Positions 29,100 to 45,999 of a stretch of DNA of 64,000 nucleotides are shown piece after piece. Source of the DNA: Bigelowiella natans CCMP2755. Its lineage: Eukaryota; Protista; Cercozoa. The stretch lies in contig ADNK01000041.1 in assembly GCA_000320545.1 (NCBI GenBank), positions 1-64,000 of the forward strand, in the 5' to 3' direction. The first letter of the stretch is position 1. The number at the start of each line of letters is the position of its first letter. A model generated the notes under the pieces. That model worked only from the letters and a program-made list of their open reading frames with translations, was not told the DNA's origin and ran no database searches. The position numbers were made by a program, and so were the translations under genes.

Positions 29100-29702
29100 T
29101 CAAGTCGCATGTTGACCGTGATTAATTTCGGTGATCCTTACTAACGTAACCATAGACCGATGTCCCTTCGTTCTTTTGCTGGATGCCTTCCTTCGCCTTT
29201 TCTTGAACACGCGTATCTTTCGCGTTTGAGTCTGCTCCTCCACCACCGCGCACACTTTAGTTCCAGGAATAAATGGTTTCCCGATTACGGTATGATTTTC
29301 ACTTGCCAGCAACATGATGTTATCAAACACGACTTCCTGCCCAACGTTCGCCTCACCCATGTAATCTAGCATCAGGAGATCATCCTCAACAACCTTGTAC
29401 TGCTTGCCTCCATGCTCAAATACTGCAAAGAACATATTTTTGTCGGTGCTGTTTGCGTTGACATGGTCATACGTAACGGCATCCTGCTGCGTCTGCCCGA
29501 GATCTGTGGCCGCTGGTGTGTTTTCGCTATTGAGTGCTTGCGGTATCGTGGAGACGAACTTCCGCGTAGATATCAAATTTAGAGTGTCAGACTTGGATAC
29601 GGGAAGCTTTGATGTGTAGTTGCTGGCTCGACGATGGAAGGAGGCCCTTGCTGTGTTGACCAACTGGCGATACCGGCCACGGCAACAGCGCACAAACGCC
29701 AT
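29100..29702 (-). CDS. MRPL21: Mitochondrial ribosomal protein bL21m (single exon)
   Basis: FAVFEHGGKQYKVVEDD...IGKPFI...KIRVFKKRRRKAS...GHRSMVTLVRITEI; Arg-rich presequence. Confidence 0.92.
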   Translation of the reverse strand: MAFVRCCRGRYRQLVNTARASFHRRASNYTSKLPVSKSDTLNLISTRKFVSTIPQALNSENTPAATDLGQTQQDAVTYDHVNANSTDKNMFFAVFEHGGKQYKVVEDDLLMLDYMGEANVGQEVVFDNIMLLASENHTVIGKPFIPGTKVCAVVEEQTQTRKIRVFKKRRRKASSKRTKGHRSMVTLVRITEINHGQHAT

Positions 29703-29880
29703 CTTCCAGGGGTGTGTTCTGTTTTTTGTGAAAACCTTCCGATTTACACAATTGCGACAATAAAATAATAATAAAATGAACGCGAAATAGCCTACCTTTT
29801 CACACAGCCGCCGCCCCTGTCGTAATGGGTAATTAAGTTCATCTCAAGGAATTAGAGGTGGGAAGGACGCCATTTCTTCC
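29703..29880. promoter_or_regulatory. Putative bidirectional promoter bL21m/metallophosphoesterase
   Basis: Divergent starts ~180 bp apart. Confidence 0.5.
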
Positions 29881-32150
29881 ATGCAGGTAAACTCCGAATC
29901 CAAGAGTTAATAGGCAATAGTATATCATTATGAACGTTCGCGCACTTTCGACTTGTCGTGGACATCGCACTTCTCGATAAGAATGAGGGGAAGTAGTTCT
30001 CCTTGTTCCTTCGGAGCTTTCGTGATGTTGGCGAATCATTACTTTAGGTTCTGGGACATAAGAGCCTTGGAACGAAGGGTAAACCCCTTCGAATTTTGCA
30101 GATAACGGACACGCATCTGTTCCCCAAAGGTCAGAATCAGTCTCAAGCTCTCGTAATTCGAAGTAGCGAGTCTCTCTCTCAATACAATCGCCGGTAATAT
30201 TCTGTACAGGCGTCTCTACGTTTAAAACCCCAACCCGCGTGGTGAACTTGAAGGAAGAAAAGTATGGAAACGAAGTTGCGCATAGAATGCTCAAGAAATT
30301 CGTGGACGAGGTATATTTCTCAACATTTTCCTCTTGCAATTCAGTGCGTCAGGTTAGATTGTTTTGCTTTTAACTATAGGTTGATCCACACTTGGTAATC
30401 TTCACGGGTGATATTATTGATGGCAGGCCTTTCGGAGAGCACAAAAGGTTTTGTTCGACTGATTTAAGTCTAAACTGATGGATGCACTAAGTGAATTCGC
30501 TATGACAACAGAAACGATTGGCTGGATACCTTTCAAAACTTTATCCAGCCTCTAATCGATGCTAAAGTACACTGGACGTTCACGCCGGGTCTCTAACACG
30601 TGTTAGATGCAGCTTCCAGCTCTCATGCTATATCTATCGATTTAGGAAATCACGACGACGATGGGGCTCCATACGAAAGGAAGGAACTTCTAAAGATTTT
30701 TTCACTTCCCTACTCAATCTCTAAAGTGGGATGAACGGATTTTCCACCCAAGCATGAAGAAAGTATGATGCTTATATTTATCCAGGGAGCAAAGACATTC
30801 AATCATACTATCACAGTGGGGCCTGACAAGGAGGACTGCGTGCGATTGTGGCTATTTGACTCCGGAGAGAACCACCCAAAGTAAATAATACTTATACGAT
30901 CTTGTACCGACATACTCCGTCACTTTAATTATTGAACAATTTATAGATTTAAGTACACCTCCTTTGATCTTGCATCCGTTTCGGCATACTCGACAATATC
31001 TGAAAAGGTAGCAATGTTTCGAATGCCAGAAAAGCAATTGCCCCTCACTGAGACAATACGTTTCAGTTGCATGAGAGTGGAGAAAATGTCTTAGGACTTG
31101 CATTCTTCCATATTCCGCTTCCAGAGGTACGCATGTTATGTTGAGAACCAAAAAACCGAAAGATCCACAAAGATTCACTCTATGTAGTACGGATACGTCA
31201 AACCTGTCAAGGGTACTTTGGGTCTCTTCGACGCTGCTAGACACAAGGGAATTGTTCCTAAAATTGCCAAAATAGCACCATGGCTCGTAAAATTAATCGG
31301 ACAGCATCGTGTGGTAGGGTCTTCAATGTTAGATTCCGGTAAAGCAATTATACTTCTTTGCTGTTGCATACAGAGGTGAATCATATCATTTGTTCTGTCA
31401 GGATTGTTCAACGCCATGGCAAAAAATAAGAACATTGTAGCAACATTCTGTGGGCACGACCACTACAATGATGCCGGTGTGTAAATGATGCATAGTTCGT
31501 CGGTCTCCAGGACTGAGTTGATAATACTAGTATGCTTGAATTGAAGAAATATATACCATGCTTGCAGTAATGAGACGGGAAGGAATTTTTCTCTGCTACG
31601 GACGCGTTTCGTCAAGGACACCTCCGATGTATCTTGCAAATCGTTTTCCTTCTGTCTGCCACCGAAGTCTAATGATCAGATGCATGTTAACGTTTGTTAG
31701 TGACTGGGAAGGAGATGGTGGTGAATTGCCATTTCAACTTGGTGCCCGTGTGGTGGAAATAGAAACCAAAAAGGGTGATGGTTCACAGCAAAAATTCTCC
31801 ACATGGATTCAAGGTTATATATATGCATTTTGGACAAAACTTCATTGTTCATATCCACGAGCGTGCCGATTTTAGTTTATTTGAACAGCTTTGTGTACTG
31901 CAAAGGTGTGCATTTGATCTAATTATTTTTTACTGTTTCAGGAGAAGGAAATGGAATAGAAGAAGATAGCCATCTTGTTTTGTATCCTTACAAAGAAATT
32001 TCTCCATCTATTTGTGCAAAATGCATAAATGCTCTCTTTTCACCGTATGTTGTACATTTCTTGTTGATAGTTCTACTGCTTTTGTACATTCTTTTGTATC
32101 CTGAATACCGAGAATTAACAGAAGAGGAAATCCAGTCGAAGCAGAATTAG
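29881..32150 (+). CDS. Calcineurin-like metallophosphoesterase (DCR2/PAP29-like) with C-terminal transmembrane segment
   Basis: Short-intron gene: LRILQITDTH, LVIFTGDIIDG, FTPGNHD, LWLFDSG, LAFFHIPL, FCGHDHYND, LCYGR, GARVVEI; TM VVHFLLIVLLLLYILLY; stop at 32148-32150. Start is tentative. Confidence 0.88.
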
Positions 32151-32749
32151 AAGTATAATTATTAGACCTTGTTTATGTTTGCAGTGTGTATCAACTTGTC
32201 AATCAACACCTAGATATTACATTCACATGAAGAGGTGCGTAGCGCATAGCACATAGCTAGATAGCACCGTAGTCATAATTCAGCATCGCGTTCTCAAATA
32301 AGCTCGCATACGCGTGGTTTGACCAATAAGTTGTGCCATAGCTAGCTAGATAGATGCATCTCTAGATCTGCATCATCGATCAAATTCATAGCTACGTACA
32401 TGCACGTTGTCATGATGCTATCACACACGATTGTGACACACATGCATCATCTGCTACACTCTGTGCATTGTTGCATGGCTAGATTGCACGTACATGTGCA
32501 GCCTATAGACTGCGCTAGCTGTAGCTTCCCAGCATGCACCGCCAGGAAATGATTGTGCTTTGTTGCAAGCATGCTAGCATGTATTGCATGATAACGGTAC
32601 GTGTCTGCGTAGCTTGTGCTCCGAAAACACACAACACTACGCAGTCTCAATCCGTTCGGTTAAACATCGTTCACAAAGAAGATTCGTTGATAATGCTGAA
32701 GTTCTCAACTCTAATTGCATCAAACACGAGCAGCGCAACCAAATCGAAT

Positions 32750-33539
<790 letters not shown>

Positions 33540-34112
33540 GGTTTATTCTACAGCAGGCCAAGTTTTTAACCACGATGGGACCCTAACCCCTTTGAGAATG
33601 GAAGCCTCGTAGAGCAACTAAACCGATAACGCCGTCTATCTTGAGGAAAGTCAACGCAGGATACAAGACGCAAGTAAATAATATCCTGTAAATTTGTCCA
33701 CCACATTTACTCCGGAGAATTTACACACCGCGATGGTCCCAATTTCACCGAAATCCGGGAATATTCAAAAATCGGAAAATCTCAAAATCCCGAATGTATC
33801 TCGAGTGGAATCCCGCCCTGAATCCCCACATTACATCCTCGCACCGTAGATGATAAAATGCAGGATAATTATAATTAACGGCATGAATCTTCCGCGCATT
33901 TTGAAATGAAAAACCTGTCAACCCAGAGTACATCGAGAATACATCCTGCTCGTTTTGACTAAGATCGTTTCTTTAGCTGGCGTGAAGACTATCGATGCAA
34001 TAACTACAACATCTTAAACATAGCATACATTTATTAGGTAAATGATTGGAATATCTTTTGTCTATTATTTGAGGAGCAGCTTGTCACTTCCGAACTCGCC
34101 GCCCTCCACGTA
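33540..34112. promoter_or_regulatory. Putative bidirectional promoter ubiquitin-P1/CSP41
   Basis: Divergent starts; cluster aatttcaccgaaatccgggaatattcaaaaatcggaaaatctcaaaatcccgaa. Confidence 0.55.
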
Positions 34113-34992
34113 ATGGCTACGCGCAAGCCCTGCATTGCGATCCAGGGCTGCGTCCAGTGGTTCTTGCTATCATCGGTGTTGGTTTTAGCTTCGTTGACAG
34201 CCCTGAAAGCGAACGAGAGGAAAGGATTGCTTGCCTTGACGCCCCAGAGATGCTCCAGTGTTTCAACGCCAACAGGGGAACGACACACAACCCGACAATT
34301 TTCCCGGCAATCCCGATTGCACAGGAAACTTGGTGTAATCGGTTTTCCCAAGTCGACAGGGAATATGAGGAGACAAATAGGGTCTTCGCATCGTCTTGGG
34401 CCAAGGGCGAGCGCTGCTGAGGCTCCTACTAGTGCTGTTGATGCGAAACGAGTTCTCATAGCAAGCGATAACCTTGGAGATCTCGGCAGCGCAAGTGTTA
34501 TGGCAGCCAATTACCTTGCTATGGAATTTTATACAAAGTACGTACCACTAACTTTTATCCCTGAACACAGAGGTCACACCAAAACGCAAACACACACAAA
34601 CACACACAAACACACACAGACACACACACACACACACACACAAACACAAACACAAACACACACATTGATTGCACATGTTTTTAACCATCAATATTCACGC
34701 CGTCGCCATTAATGCCACCAGGGGTCACGAGGTGGTGATGGTTGCTTTTGGTGATGCTAATGCAACCCTCGAGCGCTTGCCGAGTGAGAATAGGAAGAAT
34801 CACGCGAGCCGAAAGGAGGCTACACTATTTTTTAACGTCGATACTAACAGCACCGCATCCCTTGGGGAGCAGTTTGTGGAAGGCGGTGCCCCCACCTCGT
34901 TCGATATTGTCATCGATATGTCAAATGTCGCTGCTCAAACGAAGCAGATTCTAGAACTGCAGCAAGTACAGGAGGCGGAGGTTACCACACAT

Positions 34993-35035
<43 letters not shown>

Positions 35036-35617
35036 CCTCGCCACAAGGACTCAAAATCACGCTCGTGGACACATGCAGCAAATATTTCTGCCTTTTATTT
35101 GTCTGATATGTTAACGTATGCACGCAATTGATCAGCAAGTAGTCTATATCTCGTCGGATCTCGTCTATGGGCCTTACCTGAACGTAAAGTCACCTAAGAG
35201 CTTAGTTATCATGCCGCATATTCATATCACGTTTATTACCAATATTAGTAATTGTGGTATCATCATCACTAGTGGCTGTGTCTAACGTCGAAGTTTTAGC
35301 TTCTGTTTCAATCATCACCATTATCCAACACCATTCAACATCATCACTGCTCGTCTTAATTGGTATCATCATCTTTCTCATCAAAAGGCATGATCATTAT
35401 CATTAATTGTCATTAGGGTCCTTGCAGTGAGCAGCGCCCGACAAATCCTTGCACCGAGAGTGCGGATGAGAAGGCAGAGGGAGAGGCAGCCGTCATGGTG
35501 CAGCAAAATGAGGTGCGGGAAGAAGAATCAGGGCGCCCATGGACCATCATCAGACCGGGGTATGGTGGAGAGTAAATGAATGTAGTAGGGGATTATAAAC
35601 AAGTTCTCATATGAGAT

Positions 35618-35665
<48 letters not shown>

Positions 35666-35995
35666 GCAACTCAATGCAGGCGGATAATAGCCCCTGGCAG
35701 CGAGAAGAGCTTGGAAAACTGGTTCTTTCTTCGACATGATAAAGGTGGCGCGGATACAAACTCCATCAGCATGCTGATGCAGCAACACTAGTCGGCGTAC
35801 GTATGGCTTCCATCCATGTGACTTGTTGGTGTTCGTTGCGGTTGAAGACCGAGATCGTTCCCTTGTACTACCATATCACCACTAGTGCTGCTATTGCTGC
35901 TCTTGGCATTGCAATTGCTGCGTTTTGAGTGAAGATATCTGATAGTACCGACGATGATTCCCACATGATAATATGCCACCATATATATATATATG

Positions 35996-36044
<49 letters not shown>

Positions 36045-37316
36045 TCAGAAAAGCAAATCTGCATCCCGGGCCACGGCCAATATCTGCTTGGGGTTGTGCA
36101 TATAGCAGGTGTGGAGAATGTCAATGTTGCTGTTGGTGGTGGTGGTGATGATGGGGCTGAAGGAGAACACGACGCGCCTCTCGCAAAGTAGCATAAAGCA
36201 GCAGTAAAACGTTGCTTACAATTCTCGCATGCGTCGTGTAGTCCTGATCGTTTATCTCTCTTTCTCCTCTGGCTCTTTTCTTCCCGCCCCCCCTACCCTC
36301 CGCTGTCTTCCTAGATCTAATATCTGGGGTCATGGCTGCCGTTGGTAGCAGCAACGCGATTGGACAAGTGTTCAATATGCACAGCAATGATCCCATCTCC
36401 TTCGACGGCCTCGCCCTGGAGACGGTACTAGTGCAGTGAGCGGAGTAGCAGTGGGTTGATGTGTAAAACCAGCTGTATTTTGTGTATCTCGTCACCGAAG
36501 AACGTGGCTAGTGTCCAGTCGCACCATCGTCATTCCCACCCCGTCGTCCTCTCACCCCCACCATGATCATGCCAAACATCCTTAGGCAAGGATCTTTGAG
36601 CGTGAGGTTGAGTCGGATGACCTCGTTCACTATGATGAGAGCCAATTCACGTGGGTGCTTCGACGGCGCCACCAGTGAGTACTAGTCCAGTCCTAGACCT
36701 GCCGCACTGCCCTGCTGCAAACGCAATGAAAGCAGCAGCCGCAGAGAGGGGGGGGTAGATACGGTTGGGTATGGGAATGAGAAAGAAAAAAAGAGAGAGA
36801 GATACTTATTTCTGTTTTGACAAAGCAAAGGGGTTTTAACAATAGCGCAGCAGCAGCAGCAGCATTGCTATTGCTACGAGAATGCAGATGCTCGGCGTTG
36901 TCGTAAAATCCGTCGTGTCTATGTCCCACTGATTGCTCGTTGAAACCAATAACAGATTCCCAGTGAAACCCATCGGGCACGTAATTCCGACTGTAGATAA
37001 GGCTAAGACGCTCTTAGATTGGAGCCCGAGGTAGAAGTGTAGAGACAGCAACAACGGCAGAGCTAGAAGCCATAATTGTGCGTGGCTAGTAGGAATTAGC
37101 GGGTGGGTAGGGGAGCAAGGAAGGAATGAGATGCGGAGAAGACAGTGCTAGATGTGAGATTTATGATGGTTCTTCTTCTCATCAGGTACAACACAAGCGA
37201 AGCACTGAGGAACTCTCACAAGATGCACTACAATGAGATGTACGTAACAACATAACCAACCCCCTTCTGAGAGGAAGTAAAGCCTCCCTGGAACATCTCA
37301 AAGCAGATGAATATAA

Positions 37317-37359
<43 letters not shown>

Positions 37360-37734
37360 CGTATTAATGTTGAGCGATATTGGAAACACTGATGACAGCG
37401 ACACAGCTGATGGAAGCCATCTGTATTTCTGCATGGTATTAAATCATTCTTTCGCCCATCTATACGCAGCAAGGCAGCCATTGCTTCCATTGTCACCCCA
37501 CTCTTATTTTTTATCATTCAATTCACGGATGGGATGTTGTGCATTCAAGGTCGATCGAGGACGAGCTGCCAGAGCTGGATTACGAACTGGACGAGATGAT
37601 CCTGGAAAACCCGCACAAACAGCTACAAATTGCATGGTAGAGGGGGAGGAGGAGGAAGAACCATTGCTGCGCCGCCATGCATGCCAACTAGTGTGTTTGT
37701 GTGTTTGTGTGTTGTGTGTGTGTTGTGTTTGTGT

Positions 37735-37770
<36 letters not shown>

Positions 37771-37914
37771 TGTGTTCGTGTTTATACGCGTGTGATTTTA
37801 TATCGAATATGTTCTTCACTCGAAAGGTCGTATCCGCACATAAACTTCAACCGGCCGCTTGGAGCGGAAGATGCGGATGTGGCAGACACCGGGAACAAAT
37901 GGGACTGGGAATAA
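34113..37914 (+). CDS. CSP41-like chloroplast stem-loop-binding protein (extended SDR fold) with bipartite plastid leader
   Basis: Signal-like FLLSSVLVLASLTA then Arg/Ser-rich transit-like region; KRVLIA...GHEVVMV, FDIVID, VYISSDLVY, ENWFFLR, ICIPGHGQYLLGVVHIADL, AIGQVFN, ISFDGLA, FPVKP...VDKAKTLLDWSP, DYELDEMIL; stop at 37912-37914. Confidence 0.8.
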
Positions 37915-38642
37915 GTGCGACGGTGGGTGCACATCCTAGATCTATTACCAATGGCTTGGAAACATATATACCCGTACCATGGTATAATGGGTGCGCTGCA
38001 TGCCGCACATGTGGAGCACTGATTATGCATTGTTGTTGCGTTACGCCAGCGCATTGTCCGTGTTTACGACTTAATGATTTTTTTCAGTTCCACTGTATAT
38101 ATTGACACACACTCTCCCCGGCTTGCACTGCTAAACTTTGGTTCGGCCTATGCATTCTCTGATGTCATAGTGCTATCGCGATCATACTGCACTGCTTAGC
38201 ATCGGCTACTGCTGTACGTGGCCTGCGATGTCATGTTATAATGTGTTGTGTGCAATCGTGCTTGTTTAGATGTCCGGCACAAAGAACATCGTGAAATTGC
38301 TGTGACGCATGCAGCGTGCATAGCATGTACGTATGCCAATAGGTGCGGCTCCAATCGAAGCGGGAGATCCATGTGCGTAATAAGCGGTCACCTTGGAATG
38401 GTGTTAACTACACAATGGCAAACATGCGTCACACACAAGCACATATGCACCGCGACTACGTACAAAGCACGAAAAAATGTACAAGGGTTGTCATAAGATA
38501 AGTAAATATACTACGTGGCCTAATGCGCATGCACTATATCGGAGTTTGTTCGAAGCCGAGCATACTTTAAGACTGATGGAATGCCACATTACCCATAATT
38601 GTGGGTAGAACGGTTCTATATTTCCCTTTATTATTACTCAAC

Positions 38643-38863
38643 TTAGGAAGAGAAGAAAGCCAATGCCTCCTTAGCTACTAAATCAGGATACTCCACGAAG
38701 TTCCTCTGGGCTCCAGGAGTTGCAATTAAAGGCACGCCTCTGATGAAGGTATAGGGAGCATGTACAAAGACAACATAGGAAGAACCATCCGCTTATTACT
38801 TTCTTGGACCAGTATGCTATTCAAGCGCTTTTGTGCTCTCTCCCCCCCCCCCCCCCCCCCCAC

Positions 38864-38919
<56 letters not shown>

Positions 38920-39577
38920 CCCTTTCTCGCTCACACGTCGCACTCACCTCTCAGTGAGAAAGTCGAGGTCCCGTTCAAAGGCTTCTTGCTCCTTTGCGCC
39001 AACACACACAGCGAGGCGTACTGGAACTCCGCTTTCATATGCAGATGCGGCATCCTCTCGACGGGGGTATGGGTCTGTTCTTCCCACCAGAAACGCACAC
39101 TTACCCCATCGTTCCCCCTCAGCTGCGAACTGACGGTTTACCTTCATGGTGACAGTAATGATTATGGCGATCATGGTGGTGATAGATCCACGACTACAGA
39201 GATGATGGACCAATATGCATCAGAATCTGCGTTGCTAATCATTTTACTAGCAATGGAGTAGCCGCAGCATGAGAAAGCTTACTACCTCCACGGCCTCGGG
39301 GGTGACATTGGACGGATCTTCGAATACGTGGCTAAACGCGCACACAGACGCAAAAATACACGGCATGCTTTTTATCAGATCGGTGAACGATGAAGATATA
39401 TTCGGCTCTCGCTATCGAGGTGTACGAATGCTATCCTGAACGTAAATCGTCGGCACAGGTCCTCTATTACTTCTATGTCAAACCAAGCTTCGAGAAACGC
39501 AGAAAAAGCGTAAGAATTAGAGCCGTGGCGCGGAACATAATTCTTGCGTCCTTCTTACTGGGAAGAAATTCCAATTG

Positions 39578-39612
<35 letters not shown>

Positions 39613-40997
39613 CAGCGACGCCCGCTCCGCTGGCACCTCCAAAACGCAACACGTTCATCAAGTACCTGAGCATGGCCTTCTTGATCGATCCTTCCGAGCA
39701 TTGTGAGGCGTGCACAGCGCTCCCCACTGGGTCGGGCAACTTGTACGCTGCCGCAATTCCTACATAGGAGGAAGAAGAGTGCGAGACAAACAACAATGAT
39801 GACGTATCTGAGTGTATCGCTGTAGAGAGCACTCGAACAGCTCACCATCTTCCTCGTACTCTTCCTTTCATCGCAGTATCATCAGCTAGGTTAGTCGGGT
39901 GTTTACCTCCGCAGAGCCCATCAATCAGCAACGGAACGACAGCATTCTCCTTTATGAGGAAAGTCAATTGTAAGATCACTGCCCTCCTTATTATTATTAT
40001 CATCTATCGCCGCGACTTCGTTAGAATTCATAGAGTGTATGAGGAAAGGGAACAGGTTTCATTCTCTCTTTTTGGACCCGCTTACATGTTGACGACAAGT
40101 TGGTCAGGGTCTTTCACTGCGAGGGAAGGAAAGGACAATGATGGACCCCAATCTGTCGATGTGGTTTGTATGAGGCGGTACCTTGTTCTTCATCTTCACT
40201 GTTGTGAGAGGGCCACGATATGTCGGGTTGAGAAGGAACACGTTTCGAATCATCTCAGGGTGCTGCTTAGCTGCATCGAGTACATAGAACCCCGCATGTC
40301 CGGCACTAACAATATTGATGGCAGCTCCATTGTACTCACTGTTCAGATGGCTGAAAAACTTTGCCAGAAATTCACGAAAGAATTCTGGCTCGTAAGCGTC
40401 GAGGTCGAGCAGCGCTGCATCATTTAGTCCATAGCCCGGGAGCTCCGTCAGGATGGGTATAATCTCGGGGGATCCTTCCGGGGCATTTATTGTCATCGAA
40501 GCGGCTAGATCTGCAAATGTAGCTCGAGAAGGAACGAACGAAGGGGTGGCGAGGAAGAGCGTTGGAACTGCTTCACCGCGCTTGGTCGCCACACTTTCAT
40601 ATGTGTCGTACGATATGAGGACCCGCCGTCCTCCAACCATCGTCTCAAAGCTTTTCCGCGTTCCTTCCGCGGACCCAAGAGGAGATTTCCGAATCTCAGT
40701 GTCGTGAACGTTGTCAGGGGCCACCGCCAGCGTGGAGCCCACTACGAGCGAACTTGTCCTGCTTCTTCGCTCGGGATGATGACGGCGGCCGCTTACCGTA
40801 CTAACGCGGCAGGGAGACACATAAGATGCAGAACGTGCAGCGGTCCTTGAAGAAAGGATAGTTGGTAGATTTACAGAGCAAGCCCCGCTGATGAGGAGAA
40901 TGGCTGTGGCGAGACCTACAAGCGCTATGCTTTTGGCATGCCAAAGCGTCGATCTTCGTCGCTTCGGTGTATGGAATGGCGCTGCCGATGTGATCAT
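38643..40997 (-). CDS. Alpha/beta-hydrolase-fold protein with bipartite plastid leader
   Basis: Leader IALVGLATAILLISGA plus Ser/Arg-rich stretch; ELPGYG, IVSAGHAGFYVL, LLNPTYRGPL, AFLVGRTDP, last exon GVPLIATPGAQRNFVEYPDLVAKEALAFF; stop at 38643-38645. Confidence 0.78.
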
Positions 40998-41474
40998 GAT
41001 TCAGAAGTATCTCCCCCGTACGAAACAAGAACACGTCCTTCCGGTAATCACGCACTGAGTATTGGCTACGTCGAGTCCTAAGCAGGTTCTGTGAGTATGG
41101 CAGCCTCGGGAAGGTCGGAGCGAGTTAGATCTAAAATCCACAGAAGGATGAGGAAATGGAGGAGAATGCAGGCAGTTTTAAACCTAAAAAGGACAGAGAA
41201 TGCATGATTTCAGATATTACCGCTTGAAATTCCTCTTTGCCACACGTTTGACTACCGCAGCAATGGGTGGCAGGGATTAGTTCATCTGAGGAAGCAGACA
41301 GTTATAAATATGTACGGAATATATCTTAAAAAACTACACACATGATCATCGTTCAAAATTAAAGTACTGAATATGGATCCAAGCGGTTTCCCAACCTACC
41401 TGCAGATATTCTAAGGGCGTAATTCGTACCAGAAGGCTGCTATTTCGTGAAATTTACGCAGACTTTTCGAATCA

Positions 41475-41634
41475 TACGACATGGAGAAAATGTTGTCGTA
41501 CCCCAGAAATCAAGAGTGAGTTTGCTCTGTCGACGTGCCCTGCAGCCGGTAAGATTCAAAGGTCGCTCCCCCCCTTAACTCTGTCCGTTCTCGCAAGGAC
41601 AGTGTCTCGCCTTACGAGAGAGAAAAGGGGGGCG
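41475..41634. ncRNA. Candidate structured RNA element (three-way junction plus hairpins), family unknown
   Basis: Hand-paired stems: TACGACA/TGTCGTA (41475-41500), CGCTCCCCCCCTT/AAGGGGGGCG (41564-41634), CTGTCC/GGACAG (41581-41602), TCTCG/CGAGA (41605-41619). No family match recognised. Confidence 0.3.
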
Positions 41635-41919
41635 TATGGGAACAGATTCTCTCCGTTCTAAGTTTTTATTGTCCTTGCTTTTGAGCTGCGCCACACCTTG
41701 TCTTTCTTCCCGATGTAAACCCCCCCCTTTTCCTTCCAAAACAATAATGATTTTTCAAAATCTACAGGGTCTACAATTTAGCCCGAAGTTGCTCTCCACC
41801 AAACTTGCGAGCCAAATTGCAGAATTTTCCCCTCAATTTTTCCTTTTAACTAAATTTGTTAGCCACACCACACGATGAACAATCCGGGTTGCTTGTTGGT
41901 ATTAGACCGAGGATTCAAA

Positions 41920-45390
<3,471 letters not shown>

Positions 45391-45999
45391 AGCAATGGGC
45401 GACAGCATGTTAGCCAATTGTGACGACAGTCGTAGCAGAGTTGTGATATCTTCGCCGTAACGATGTCAGCAGAAGGGAGAGCGAAATGAGCTAGACGCTC
45501 TTTGGAAAAAGTCAAGTCATTAGTCTCACAGCGCTCGCATGCTGCATGGCAGAATTGACGTTTGTGCTATAAGAGATATGAGCCCCACATCTTGTTATTC
45601 AATGTATGACCGATTTGCATGGCGCTGTGCAGGATGTAGAGTGTTAGTAGTGCTTTGATAAGGCGCTCATGCAACAACAAAGTCGCGCTTTAGCTTCGCA
45701 ACGAATCGAACGGCCGGCTAGCTAGCTAGGTAGCTTGCTAACCAGGCGCCAACGATGCTGTGATACGTATCCGTGCATTTTTGCATAGATAAGGCAGACG
45801 ACGTGCTTTTCTAGATTCGTTTGCATGTGTGATGGGCTAGATCGAAAGACAGATGTGCAAGCAAGTAGCATGCGCAGCAGTGTGCGTTGCTAGATTATGA
45901 AAGTATACAGATGTACACGGTGGGCATGCATGCAAGGGGTTGATGAGCAGAAGTCAGCCAATCTAGCAATCGAGCTTCGGGTTATTCTGCCATCGTCCA

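Noticed and set aside
29839-30339. 166-aa minus-strand ORF
   Set aside because: Antisense to metallophosphoesterase exons that carry conserved motifs.
33581-33589. CCCTAACCC telomere-like word
   Set aside because: Only 1.5 units, isolated; expected by chance.
41108-41120. GGGAAGGTCGGAG resembling RNase P RNA conserved region I
   Set aside because: No complementary P4 partner (TCCGACC-like) found downstream; probably chance.
41545-41555. Minus-strand ATCTTACCGG resembling the U1 snRNA 5' end
   Set aside because: Mismatched to ACTTACCTG, Sm-like site too close, and no U1 loop motifs.
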